The notes: generated by a model from the letters alone, not told the origin. A stretch of 62,324 bases of DNA, filler included, from Choristocarpus tenellus KU-1152 (GCA_964200185.2; 11 parts of 11 records of this genome joined end to end with filler, not necessarily neighbours in it), one strand, 5' to 3'. Shown: positions 36,481 through 49,946, numbered from the whole stretch's first letter. A program made the numbers and translations.

Positions 36481-39249
36481 TTTTGGTGATCGGCTGTTAT
36501 TACTTGTAAGTAGTGTTCGTGTCATGTATGAATGTATTCACACAACATAGTGCATTATCAATACAACAAGAATCAACAAATACTACTTTGTTCTTTTTCT
36601 TTATGATGATCGACATTATGATGAGTAGATAGAATCCTGTCACTCACTGCTTACTCCTATTATACCAAATACTTCACGACAGGCAACATTAGTTGTATAC
36701 AACACCATTGACATTAACAATTATCAACAAAGAGCACCATAGCGAGTAGCAGAGGGTGGTGGCCTTTCCAAATTCTCCTTACCATTCATTGTAGTTGTTG
36801 CTGCTGCTGTTTTAGTCATCACTTCTTGCAAATGCCACCAATAGTCCTATTACAATATGTGAGGAAACAGACAACTATTATATGTGATCGATATTTATCT
36901 GCGTACCCCCCTCATGGAACGAGAAACTTGTGAGAAGGTACACAAAATTTTGATTTTGGATTAGGATATTGTTCAGCAATTACATTGCAAGGATGAACAA
37001 AAACTCGATGTAAATGCGATTGGCTAAAAACATAAACAAAAAAGATTTGACAAAATTCTGGTTTCGGTAAAGTCAAATCAAAAGTAGTTGCAAGCTTTTC
37101 TAATCCATCTCTTGACAAGTAATAATGGAAAAATAATACATGTATATGTGCGAAACAGCTTCGTTCTTCACAGAATACACTAAAAGAACAGAAAAAATCC
37201 AGTACATAAATACAACATTTTAAAATGGGGGAGGGATTAAAAAAGATAAATAGTTACAAGTTTGGATAGGATCAAATATAGATACACCTGAATTGACCCA
37301 ACATCAGCCATGCAAGACCAGTACTCCTTCCAAGAAAGACCCTTTTTCTGCTCTGAGTAGATACACAAGGAGGAGATCAGATTCTCTGGTTGAGTACCTC
37401 AAGATGGAAAGGAGGCTGAGAAGGGCTGAACAAGTCAAGAGGTTTCCAGTACTTGGAAGCAGGGAATAAGAACATACTTATGACGGTTGTAAGGTGGGGT
37501 AGGTTGAAATAGAAGGATCAACTGGACAAGAAGAGCTAAAAAGATGAAAGGGCACCTGAGTTGGACAATGTGGACATTACCTTAATGGATGCATATGCGA
37601 CAAGGGCAGGAGAACCTTTTAATTGCAACACCCTCTTTGCATGTTTTTGTGCCTTTTGTGTCAGTGTTGAGGGATATTTTTTTTAGATGGATAGTGGTAT
37701 CCGAGTATGTATGTTATGTGTTGAGGCAAGTCATTCTATTACAATGGTCAATTTTGCACGATTGTGTAATCTTTCATGCTAAATTGTATAAACAGCTGTT
37801 TCTCTTGCAAAGAGACAAGTGTTCAGATTACACTACACCCCCTGTTTGCAGGTCTATGTTTCTTTCACGTTTTTGATTATATACATGAAAAGTGTCCTGT
37901 TTGGTAAATTTGTGTGTTTCTACACACACAGATAAATCGTTGTGCGCAAATTCCTTGGTAGTTATGTTTGAGAGACTTCTTGCTTCCACTCTTCTCTGAT
38001 TGTCGCTAAGAATAGAGGTTCCAGACAATATCTTTAGCTGTCACAAGTACCTAATGTTGTGGGAAACAACCCCTGTAGACGGTATGTTGGGATTTCTTCA
38101 CTTGAATCCGAACAGGGTTGAGCTAAATGGAGAGTGACAGAGTACTGCAAAATGCAAGTGTCTAGTGTGCCTAATGTTGACGGCAACCTTGGAAGGGGGG
38201 GTTCCACCAGACTTGTCCATAATTTCATAGCTGCCACGTTCATTCTAAGGAAGGTGTTTGTTACCCTATCCAATGGTCTATTGATATCATTTGAGAGTCA
38301 AAGTAAACCGGAGGTACCCAGGGTTGCATTACAAGGATGCTGAGAAATATGAGCAAATTTCGTTATTTTTTGTACAAATGTAAGTGAGCAATTTTCTGGA
38401 TTGTGTTTACATTTTCCAAACAAGGGAGAATTCAACGCTCTCAGGTCAATTTTAGTACTTCATCCAGAGAAATAAGGGTGAATTACAAAAGATGAATAGA
38501 GCAGCTTAAAATGAAAAACGGTCAAAATCTGGGTACCTGTTCTTTAATTTGGCTCTAAGCATCTATACATGCTTCACACCAGGCAATACGTTACACACAG
38601 TGTTTAACGATGTGAATGCAAAAGCCATTATGAATATATTTAATTGAAGATTTGGAATAACTGGGCATATTGAAGAAGAATATTTTACATTTTATTAAGT
38701 CCCAGGCCAGCCCACCCCTTGAGAAGGGAAATCAGACCTATATCTGAACCACATTCTAAAGAATAATCAAAGTCAGCTTACAACTATTGAGACCATCTGT
38801 CAGGGCGTTGTCTACTGCCTACATTCTTAACAGATGAGATTACATCACCCACACAAGGTGAATTTCACTAATCCCTGAAACAGTCAGTTATGGAAATTAA
38901 AATTATAATGCACCCCAGGGCGCAAGCGGTGCTCTGAAGCACCTGGACCAGAAAAGCTCCGCTATGCTTCAGAAAACTCAACTGTGTCTATAGCATATTA
39001 GAGACCAGCTTTGAGTACTGTAGAGTACATTATTGACAGGAAATATACACACAATGCCCAGGCTGAAAGCAATCCCAACAACTGTGTGCATCTCACACAG
39101 GAATTAAAAACCTGCGGTACATATTGAGGCTCAGCAAAAGTATATACTACCAGAAGTAGCTTAAAAGTAATTAGCCAAGAACAGGACTGTACTGTGCAAC
39201 ATCACTCCATCTTATAAAGTTGCCTGCAGAAGCAATCGTGAAGATCGTA

Positions 39250-42200
39250 TTAGGTTGTTCCACAAATGTTGCCATCAACACCAGTGTAGCCTTGCACCTC
39301 AGAATCAGGTCCATTGAAGATGTCATCGCAGCCCAGCTGATAATCCACAAGAATGTCACCATGAAAAAAAATAGAACAAAGATTAGTTAGGGAATGTAAC
39401 CAATGATCAGATTGTATTTGTCGCTGGTGCTTGATTTTCATAAACTACCTTTTTTACAGAATTAATTGAAACTTCCTGATCAGGTTCTCTACGAATAGAC
39501 AGTGGTAGACACCACAAACCTCAAAATATATTCAAGGTGTTGACACCTCCTGACTCATCAGGACAAAACCATGCGGACCACTGATAAACCCTTCAGCAGG
39601 AACCCCCATTTCACAAATGAAGTAGGAGAGTCTTGTACACAATTATCAGAGACCAAATATTTAAAATACGGACATGTATATTACATGTAAAATTGCACAC
39701 AAATACACACACATACAATAAAACAAACTAAACAGCTCCACATAATGTGGCAGCAACATAGTCTAACTAATTGAAGTACTGAAATGTGAAAGCGTGGGAA
39801 TGTAATATTCAATTCTAGAAATCCCAACCCTGGTCTGCAATGAGAAAATTTGAAAAATCTCAATGCAGTAACTCACCCCACCACAGCAAGTGTCGGACAA
39901 GCAGCACTTGTTGGTGCCATCAAATATAACTTGATCAGGCTTACTAAAGATCAGCACCCTGGACAGGTAATAAAATAGGCGAAGTCAGAGCATGGGTGTG
40001 CCAGGCACCAGGCGGTCATAACAATGGATTGTGAAGATCACCAAATGTAGCTCACTCATTTATGTGCACATTTCTTTTTACACAGTAGATCTGGACTATC
40101 AAGTCCTAATGGGGATTTTCATACATCACCAAACAAGTGTCTAAGAAAATACTGGCTTTTGAACACCACATGCATATCAAAACTCAGCTCATTTCCAATC
40201 AAACACATCAGCCCCTGGGCTGGATCTCTCACCCGCCCTCCTGGTTGCTCACTGCTCCTCCAGACTCCTGTGCCATGTTTCCTGAGAATACAACCTTCTT
40301 TTTGAAGCTGCATTGGAATGGTGGAACCAATAATGAAAAACAGCAAAATAACATTCAATCAAGTAGGGACCAAGAATTTAGATAGAGTTGAGTACAGCAT
40401 AAAATGCACCTTATTCAAGAGTATTGACTTTTACAGCCTATCAAACAGACACAACCGACTTGTCTTTAGAAGAGGAACAACATGAGATAAGTAAAAAAAT
40501 ACAAATCAAGCAAGCTCGCGTCTATACTATCATTGGCAAATATTGCTAGTGACAAAAGTTTACAAAGAACTGGTTTTGGATTCAAGTGACTAAACAAAGA
40601 GGGTAGCAGTGCTTCTCTGTCAAACTATTGGCCATGGGACTAATAACGCACTGGCTCACATCATTTCTCCACCGATGTTGGCAAAGGCTCCACCATTGTT
40701 GCCAGCAGCTAGATTGTTCCTGAAGATAGCTTTCTTCTTGAACCTGAAGGATTACACAAATGGTTAATCACATGCATGCCAAAGGCGTCCATGGATGTCA
40801 AGAAAAGAAGGAAAGTGGCCCAGTAGTTGCTTGTACTTAAGTTCGACGATCAGTCACATAGAGTTTGGTCAGGCTAATTTGGACCTGCAAACAATCGCAT
40901 ACCCTTGGCTCTCTGCCTTACATACGTATTCATTTATTCAGAGTGAGTAGTGTAACCTATTTCAATCACATCACACTACCATGTATGGACGACACCGGTC
41001 ATCACTATTATCAACTATCAAATATTCCCTCCCAAAGTTGATCTGTCGAGAAAATTAGGTTTTGTTGGCGGTGGCATCAAGGTCATCACTATTATCAACT
41101 ACACAAACCTTACTGCAAAGGTTGGATGTAACCAGGTAAGAAAACACAGGCGGCATACAAAATATCTAAGGAATCTAGGCTAACTCTAGGCTAACGCAAA
41201 AAAAAAATAAAAAAAAAAATATATATATATATATATTTCCATTTATTCCGGTATGGAACTGACTTGATAAAGCCACCAGGGCGGTTCCAGATGGCACCTC
41301 CTGTGCCAGTGGGTGCACCCAGTTCACCATTATCAGTGAACGTTGCCTTTTGCTTGAACCTGAAAGTGACAGCAAGGGAAGGGACAGTGCTTGACTCAGT
41401 CAACCTCATACCCGGGAAGACCATTTTGAGTTGCCAAGGTCATCAAACACCATCTGCAAGAGTATACTAATGTTCTTCTCAAGCAAAAATGCTTTCCAGT
41501 GGTGAGAAATCTGTCTTCTTCAAGTGGAAATCACAAAGACGTCTTTGCTGCCTCCAAATCTTCAGTCATACCTCAAAACACCTCAAACTAAAGTTTACAA
41601 GCATACATCTCAACAGAAGATGGTCTCTTGCAATATTCAGATGGGATTCAGGTCCACCTTCTGGGAAGCCATAATGGAATATGCATCCATCAATGGATTA
41701 GATAATTATGTAGGAAATCAGGTGAAACACACAACAACAATAAAAATAAAAATAGGTGACTGACACAAAGCTTTTCACATCTACTTGTGGAAAAATCAAA
41801 ATTCTACTCACGTGATCCTCCCATTGTTCTCGATGGCACCACTCCCCTCATTGTTATCATGCTCTTCGAATACAGCTTGTCCTTTAAAACTAACAGTCCA
41901 TCGAGAAGGAAGAGGAAATGTTTTTTTGCTCAGGAGGACATGAATCTTATGCAGTGAGTGACTGTGACTATGATAAGAGCTCTTCACATTTTTTTTTCAT
42001 GTGCTGTCTCTAGAAGCACAAATCCACTCTACCTCAAAAACTACCTCTTTCTGCCTGGCTCGGTAGATGGGTACTGCAGATAATGGTGGTGAAAAAAAAG
42101 CAAGCTCAATGGCCAATTTGCATGACCACTGCCTTACGAACTTGATGTGTGGCAAACTATCCAAATCATCAAGGATATCAATTATCGAGGATAGCAATTG

Positions 42201-45200
42201 ATATGTGCACCGAGGATATTTGTTTGCATTTTGTTCTGAAACCGTTTAAATCTATAAACATACTTGCTTCCAGTCACACCTACACCCATTTCCGACTAGG
42301 CAGGCATCAAGGCACGCACTAACATACCCTCAATATTGCCCACTGTTTTGGGGCTCTTTGACACATATATTACCATAACTTCATAGCTTTGTACAGTCAA
42401 GTGCTCATAAGCCCGGAAAACACTGTGTATGTATTAATACCTCTCCTACCAGAAAAAAATACTCCTATCTACCCAACAGCATATACTAAAGACCACTCCC
42501 TTCTACCTCGCATCACCGCCTGCAATATCAAGTTGCAACTGTTAGATTTCCACTCCAGGCTACGTCTTCCATTGCTCCTGCAGCTGGAGCATCTGTCTTA
42601 CTCACATGACAACACCATTGTTTCTCAGTGCCCCACCATTGCCTTCACCATCACCAGCAAAAGTGTTAGCTTTGAAATAGGCAAGTCCAATGAACCTAGA
42701 TAGCATCAAACCAGGGCAGGAAAGCACAAAAGAGGTATGGGATGGATAACTTTAAACAAGCCATGGCAAGTCACAATACAACAGCAGTTAAGGCACCCAG
42801 ATTTGCAACATTCAAGACGTGCATGGACCCCTTAACCTTAGCTTCAAAAAACCCATGGCAAGAAGTATGGCCAATCTTCCAGCATTGAGGGGGTTGGGGA
42901 ATGGACATGGACACAGTGAAACACCACAACAAGGACTAGCTTGAACCTTGCAGCTCACGCAGAACTGGAGAAGGAAACCATCACCATTGAGCATTCAAAT
43001 ATCTTCAGTCAAATCACCCTCCTATGAAGGACTGTTGCAGTTGTGACACGGGTCTCCACCCCACTTCATTCATGCCATTGAAATTTCCTCATTCACCATA
43101 CATACCCCCCTTCAGTCACACATACACCTTCCCATCACTATCCCCTCAGACAAAAACACCTTGTTGTCACTATATGACACACTTGCCATGCATACACGCC
43201 TCCCCAATAAAGAGGGTACACATACTCATCTCTTAACACTTCTAGCAAAAAAATTATAGAAGGGTTGATTTATTTCAGCATAGAGCTAGATCTGTTATTC
43301 CCCTCTCCACCAAGCAAAACCATCATACATGAGATTAATGTTTTCAGACATCACAGCAATATGTAGATGTTGCAGCAGGAGTACCAGACCGAAATAATGG
43401 TCATGAAATTGTTGTGTTCTTAATAGGTGCGCGTAGGATGAAGTAAGGGTGTTAGTTGTTGCAGATGCTTGGGGAAAAAGTGCATGTGTCATGACAGGTA
43501 AAAAAGGAATATATACCACTGCCAATCTCTCACTTGAGGAAGCCATCAGAGGTGTTCACAATGTTGATGTCTGCCTGCCTCTCGAAGGCTGTCTCCCCTT
43601 TGAAACTGACATGGGTGCAAGGAAAGAATAGTCCCGGGAAGAGTCAGCCTTCATGAAAGAAAAGGTACATTAACATGTTCATCAGGAATAATGGTGAAAG
43701 AAAAGGTACATTACAAGAGTATGCCTGTGAACCTGGTGCTCAATGGTAGAGTGCATCATGAAACATATAATTTGAGGATGTTATCTGGCATGTCATGGGT
43801 GAATGAATGATCTCATCATAAATCACCTCAGTTGACACCACTTCACTAAGCTCCTTCAAATATAAAACCCAAGAAAAGAACATTGCATGGTGTAGAAAAA
43901 TTTGCTAACATTCACCATACAAACCCAGAAGAGGATGCAACCAGCACAGGGACACTGAGTCAGCACATGATGTATGCAACTACTGTCCTGGAAAATGAAA
44001 TACTACCAAATATGAGCAAATCATCATTGCAATATCCTACGAAGAATTTTTCATGGATTGTACCACATAACATTCATTCCCTGCATTAAAGCTGTGGGAT
44101 AATTTCCTTGAGACTCACAGGGTGAACCTCACAAGGCCTCTCCATATTATTCAAATTGCAAAACAATAAAGCCCTAGCCTTTCTCAGTACTCACATTGTG
44201 TTGCCCCTATTCATCAAAGACCACCTGTTGCTAATGAATTTCGCATCTCCTTCAACCCTGTAGGAGATTTCGATCAGTGCAAAAACAGGAGAGAAGCTAT
44301 TGCTTTCAGGAAATAGCGGAACTGGAGATATGGGTTGAAGCTGGCATCACCTTGTTTTGTTGTCAAGAGAGTCCAGCTTTTGATCTAGAAGGAAAGAGAG
44401 TGATTCTTATTCATTTGTATGTAATGAGCTTATAATGGAAATAGACATGTGTCTTTTATCCCTTTAGATTTTCTACTTCAGTTTCAGACCCCCAGGCACA
44501 AACCCGTGCTCTCACGTGAGGTCCCCACTAATGTCAAACACAACACTGTGCCCCCCATCATCATTTCCGAAGACATCTCCCTTGAAGACCACAGAAGCTC
44601 CTCCCTCCACCTCCACTATTGCTTGCGAAGGGAAATCCTACAAAGGGGGGAAGGGAAGCGTGTGTTTAAGTTACTAACAAATCTACCCAAGGCAAGGGCT
44701 ACAGGAGGAGTGTCACCGGGGGATCCATGGTTGTTACTCTGGCTTTTGACAGAGGTTTCGGTTTTGTGTTTCGGCAGGTTGCTGGGTTGCTGTTAGTGGC
44801 CATCTGGTCTTGCTGGAGTATTCACTAAAGGGATAATCCAACAATACAGTTCCTGCTTGATTTCCTGCTTGAACGTACTTGCTGGTGGAGGAATTTTCCT
44901 TGAATTCTTGGATAAAGATATGAAGCACCTTCGACTATTAAGAGCCAAGTGCTGTTCCTGCAAAGAGACGATGCTATGAACACATGCCTGGATTGTTGTG
45001 CACTCAGTTTAAAAGTTTATCGAGATAACAAAGATGGACCCATTTCAGGCAAAAAAAACGCTAGTTGAACCGTGAACTACTTTAGGGTATACTACTTAAT
45101 GTGTGAAAAGCAGAGGTCATCACTCAAACCTTCGATACATCATGCGCATAAGTAAGCTCACCTCTAGACCCCTTGTGGGTGCGAATACAACCGAGGGGAT

Positions 45201-46391
45201 GTCAAAGATCAAGGATGACCCGTCTTCAACAAGAAAGGTGATCCACTCGAAACTGCACAGTCAAGGGGAAACAGGAAGATTATGAAAATGAAGACGCATG
45301 GATTTGAAGAGCAGGGAACAGTCTCATACGGCAAGTGGAGTAGGAACTACCACGGAGGAGTAACAGGCTCAAATCTAAGATTATGTTATTCCGCAGTGTT
45401 TGTCGGTAAGTTGTCTGAGTAAGATAAAGCTTGACTCCTGAATTGTTACAAGGGATGTATCTACATGCTAAGAATTTACCCAAGACATGAACTGAATGGC
45501 ACAATTGTAAACATCATGTAACTACACCACAAGCGTTTCGAGTCACACAGCAAGGTTGTCCCCTGAGTGGAAAGGAGAGGTAGCTAGTTCGGGAAGAGAT
45601 TTAAATGGTTAGCCTTCGGCAGTCTCAATTATTTCGCATATACTAGTCGGTAGGCACCTGGTCTCCGTTGTCGCGCGCAGAGTCAAGGCGTATCCACCTG
45701 TGACAACCACCTGCTTATCGGTGCCTTCTTCACAGGATATAACCTGGTCTGCAAGGTCGACAATCGTATCAGCCGATAGAGGCACGGAGAACTTAGATTC
45801 CAGGTTGCTAAGGAACAACGGGCAGCTCCCCACGCAATCGTTGCGTGCAGATAGACATGTCACTTCCTGGTACACGGAGAGGCGAAGTGACAGGTAATAA
45901 TAAACTCAGAAGGGCAAAAAACTGTGCAGTGTCTACAACAAAATATGCGAAGCAAATCACTTAGACCACCCAACCAATAGGGGAATAACTGCACATTTGT
46001 ACACGCCCACGCCGCATTTGGCTCAACGGTCTGGCAGCCTATTTGGACAATATTGCACAAGGAAAACACATCACTAACCTGTGAGCCTGGTACGAAGTCA
46101 CAGCAGTCGCTATCCAAGTCGCACTGATCTCCGATATTGGAACACGCCTGAACATTGCTGTAAGGGGTAGAAGTGTGGTATATAAAACGCTCTAATGTAA
46201 GACAGCATACCAAACTTTCTCTTACAAACCCACACCTTGATTCCTATCGCATCGAAAGGAGTGTATTCAGACAAAAAACAAGTCAAAATGTTGGAAGCAT
46301 CTTATTAAGGTTTAAACTTTGTAAATCACCTCCAGTTAGACCAGCTGATGATCACGCTACAGATTGCCACCAGTACAGAGGTTTTGCCCAT
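39250..46391 (-). CDS. Secreted Pmp/adhesin-like beta-helix repeat protein, 405 aa, 13 exons: 46391-46330, 46157-46079, 45866-45658, 45252-45162, 44637-44516, 44257-44195, 42695-42606, 41889-41812, 41359-41264, 40743-40660, 40307-40233, 39958-39877, 39336-39250
   Basis: Manual splicing gives an uninterrupted 1218-nt frame. It has a signal-like start MGKTSVLVAICSVIISW, a Cys-rich segment, then FxxN...GGA(I/L/V/F)xN repeats (FKKKAIFRNNLAAGNNGGAFAN, FKKKVVFSGNMAQESGGAVSN) and ends GCDDIFNG...NICGTT*. Confidence 0.85.
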
Positions 46392-47200
46392 GATGAAAGG
46401 TCTATTTAGGGATTATTCACCTTATTATAGGTAGTAGACCTATCTAACACCTCTAGGTTGTTCCTAAAAAGAAATGTTGGTTATATTCTGTTCTCTTTTC
46501 TTAATCGCTTTTTACCCTTCCAACATTTGTTCAAAATATTTATATATTTGTTCGTCCATCACAGATTCTATCTCGAAAAAAATTAACACATATATTATAT
46601 CGGGAATTTCTTTGAAACATTATTGTGAAAGGACAAGGGCATAGATCAAACCTCTCTGGTCCTACCTATCTACAGATAGGAATATATCAACCCAAGAAGG
46701 AAGAAACGACGAACATGTTCCACAATATATTTCTTGGAACTTATTCGGTAAATTCATTACCAATAAGAGTAGGTGGTTGAAGTATGGAGGGGTCTCTCAG
46801 TATCTGCTACTCATTGCTAATGGATTATGTAGTAGTACAATTCTCTATTCTGTTTGAATTTCGAATATTTTGGATTTTTGGACCTCGAAATATTTTGTAA
46901 ATGTTCCTATGTACAAATCAAATTTCACGTACATTTTCGTAGATTCTCCTGTTGTTCGTGAGAGTCATCTTCCACAGAAGGTATACCCTGAAAGTAACAT
47001 ATCTTGAAGATTCTGATATTCATATGACCTTGCCAACCACCCCTCATTCCGTTACCCCTTGTGCACTCCTTTACCAAGTGATCTTCTGAGGGATTGCTCC
47101 CTCCCTTGACTTGCCTCTCTCTTTGACCTTGCCTCCTGTGAGTCTTCCTGCTCCCCTTCATTAAGAAGAACTTGTCGACTTGTTTCCATCTGTTTCGCAG

Positions 47201-47255
47201 TGGCGACGACGACAGGATTCGAATCTGTGCGCGGAAACTGCAATTGATTTCCAAT
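47201..47255 (-). pseudogene. 3' half of a tRNA-Ser with terminal CCA (tRNA fragment or extended primer-binding site), next to an LTR-like end
   Basis: Minus strand reads TTGGAAA TCAAT TGCAGTTTCCGCGC ACAGA TTCGAAT CCTGT CGTCGTC G CCA: long variable arm, T-loop, G73 and CCA. The 5' half is absent. Confidence 0.75.
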
Positions 47256-47791
47256 GTTTGGGTATTTTATTATTATACCCTCTGACATTTTGCAGATGTG
47301 TCAGGGGGGAAACCAATGAAAACTATACATACGTCGTTATTAGCCCTAAAGAAATAAAATATCCTAAACATAAGAACTCTATAAAACATTGTAAGTGTGG
47401 AAACCACTAATCAGTTACTTCACCACTATCAAATATTGTACTATTGTCTTCCTTATCTTCCCATCTACCTACTCCTGTGCCCCAGGGGGGGGAGCTAAGG
47501 AAGCATCCCAAGAATCCAACAGACCCCTCCGTGTCCATCTCCCTGGTGACTCCAACTTAAAATTAAAAACGCATGACACATCGAGACAATGCCACTTGCG
47601 TAGTCACCGAAACAATTTGGCGTAGCCGGGATTTAACTACTCCTTTCCTGCCATATCCTTCCGCTCCTCTCCNNNNNNNNNNNNNNNNNNNNNNNNNNNN
47701 NNNNNNNNNNNNNNNNTTAATTAATTAANNNNNNNNNNNNNNNNNNNNNNNNNNNNNNNNNNNNNNNNNNNNCTCATAAAGGGACTGGAAC

Positions 47792-47958
47792 CTGAGGAGG
47801 GGGGGGGGGGTCTACACCAGGGTGTCCATTTGGGGAAAAATCAGGAAAGTGCATTTACATTATACGTCCGACGTATGCAACCAAATCACCAAAAAATCGC
47901 GCATGAAAAAATTGACCCTAAATGGACAGCCGTCTCCCCCCCCCTGATACTTTGAGCC
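47792..47958 (+). mobile_element. MITE family B, left TIR eroded
   Basis: GGTCTACACCAGGGTGTCCATTTGG...AAATGGACAGCC...GATACTTTGAGCC. Confidence 0.85.
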
Positions 47959-48503
47959 ATTGGTCCTAGAGAAGTGTAGCTCATCTTGTCGTTTGCAGCA
48001 GGTTCTGTCCGCATAGAAATGTTTGCAGCCTTTTAGGTGCAAGGGTCACTTCTGGGCAGTGGCACCCATCTCCTGAGCACATATTTGCCAGGCACTTCTG
48101 GATAGCTTGATTTGGCTGTGGTGTAGGATACGAGTAGAGGGGGAAAGTAAAGATATAATGAGGATATGTCTAGTGCTTACGAGGCAGAGTCCACAAAGTT
48201 CATCACATTGGTTATTTGAGAGTCAACCGTGCTTTGGTAGGTTGACTATCCGCAGAACATAGGTAGGGGGATGTTGGGAACTGCTGCCCACTTAGTGCAG
48301 GGAGGTTCAATGAGGGATTGACAGTCAGGTTAGACAGTCAGGTTAGTCTACTTGGCTCAAAATGTTTGCAGCAAGGTGCACAATTGTATACCCACCCCCA
48401 CCCCCACCTCAACCTACCCTTCCAACACTTCACTTCTCCCATTCTGTGTACATATATGTGTGTGTGTGTGTGTGTACCCTATCTGGTGGTAGTGGAAGTA
48501 CAG

Positions 48504-49030
48504 TGGTAGCTATGATGAGGACATCCGCCTCTGAGACATCCAAAACACCCGAGACTCAGTGTCGCAGGTGTCCACGGGAGGTGGTCTGTGGCGCCTGAAG
48601 TGGCAACCAAGCCCTGAAGCTGGTCAGAGGGACCTTCTACTTGCACCATGCATGCATGCTGGTGTATGCACGGTAGATACAGAGTCAGCCTTGGGTGGAA
48701 GGGGTACAGGGGTAGCCACAGTAGTGGGTGAATACGACATACATAAGGCCATGGTGTACGGAGTGGGCTGGGGTTGCTTGGAGGAGTCAGTACAAAGCCC
48801 TCAGGCTCAAAGTATCGGGAGGGGGGGGGAGGGTGGATCTACACCAGGTTGTCAATTCAGCCTCGACCAGGAGAAGTGCACTTACGTTATCCATCCGAAA
48901 TATGCAGCGACCAAATCACCCAAATTCGCAACATGGAAAAATGGGACCCAAATGGACAGCTGCCACCCCCCCGCAGATACTTTGAACCTCACCCTGTTGT
49001 GACAAGTTTCCTTCGTCTATGATGACTTTC
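48504..49030 (+). pseudogene. DPH7: Diphthine methylesterase (WDR85/DPH7) 3' exon, disabled
   Basis: GSYDEDIRL*DIQN (Trp to TGA at 48532), STGGGLWRLKWQP, LLLAPCMHAG, HKAMVYGVGW, then a MITE-B insertion and a frameshifted VVTS-SF-YD tail. Confidence 0.82.
48804..48988 (+). mobile_element. MITE family B inserted in the DPH7 exon, TSD TCA
   Basis: TCA|GGCTCAAAGTATC...GATACTTTGAACC|TCA. Confidence 0.9.
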
Positions 49031-49541
49031 TTTGTCTATGGCAGTCTCCAGCACTCTGGGAGTGAGGCTGATTTTGATTGTGATAGTTGATTAGGAGATA
49101 GGGCACAGTGAGATTAACATTTTGTTGATTTACAAGTTGTACCTACTGGTTCTGTCAACAATGACAAACTATGCTAAATGACATGTTTGTATAGGACTAC
49201 ACAAACAAGGAAAATGCCTACATCGACAAAGATTGGGTATATTTCTGATATTCAGGACCAATGCTTGAGGTGTAGTGGGCTAATGAGTATCGGAAGAAGA
49301 AAAGAGTGCTAGTGGGGGGTCATGTTTCGGATACGGTGACCTAATCCGTTTTATGTGCTTGGAAGAAAGTAATGTTAATGGTGTTTTTTTTGTTTTTTGG
49401 AAGTCCAAGTTTTGAAAGAGGCAACCATTAAGGTTAACTTGTTTGTTGCTCAAGACACTAAATGATTCTCTATTTCGTACTACAAGTTATTTATACTTAT
49501 TTTACTACTTCTGAAGTATGTATGCCGTAGATATTATTTTT

Positions 49542-49798
49542 GATCAAAGTATCTTAGAGAGTAGAGCCGTGTCTGTTTGGGACCAAAATCCAATGTTGCG
49601 ATTTTGATGTAATTTTGACTATTGTCTTTATTAGGAAGTGTCTATATTCTTGTTCTGGGCATACCTTTTCGCAGTTTTATGACATTTACCTAATCCGAAA
49701 TGTTCCGGAGTAGGAAAATGTCATTAAAAACCCGTGGGAAACCAGACCCCAAACGGATAAACAGGGCAAAACTCGTACCGTCTAAGATACTTTCACTC
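49542..49798 (+). mobile_element. MITE family A, TSD TTT
   Basis: Full-length copy. Confidence 0.9.
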
Positions 49799-49946
49799 TT
49801 TGGTACTTACTTGGTCGTTTCCTCCTGCAGTGCATGCCTAGATACGTTGAATACACAACATGAACGAGCACTTTGTCCACTTGTCCAAGCGAGTTTGGTT
49901 GGTCGGTACATTTCGTAGCTCTAAGTGAGGACTATTTTTTTTGTCA

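Noticed and set aside
40997-41100. 20-bp direct repeat GGTCATCACTATTATCAACT in an intron (similar small duplications near 43655-43712 and 59827-59850)
   Set aside because: Consistent with ordinary local duplication or slippage; no element structure between the copies.
47201-47255. Functional tRNA-Ser gene
   Set aside because: The 5' half (acceptor 5' strand, D-arm) is missing and the T-stem has a mismatch.
48532-48534. TGA as Trp recoding or selenocysteine in DPH7
   Set aside because: The same exon also carries a MITE and a frameshift, and intact genes here use TGG; simple pseudogenisation explains it.
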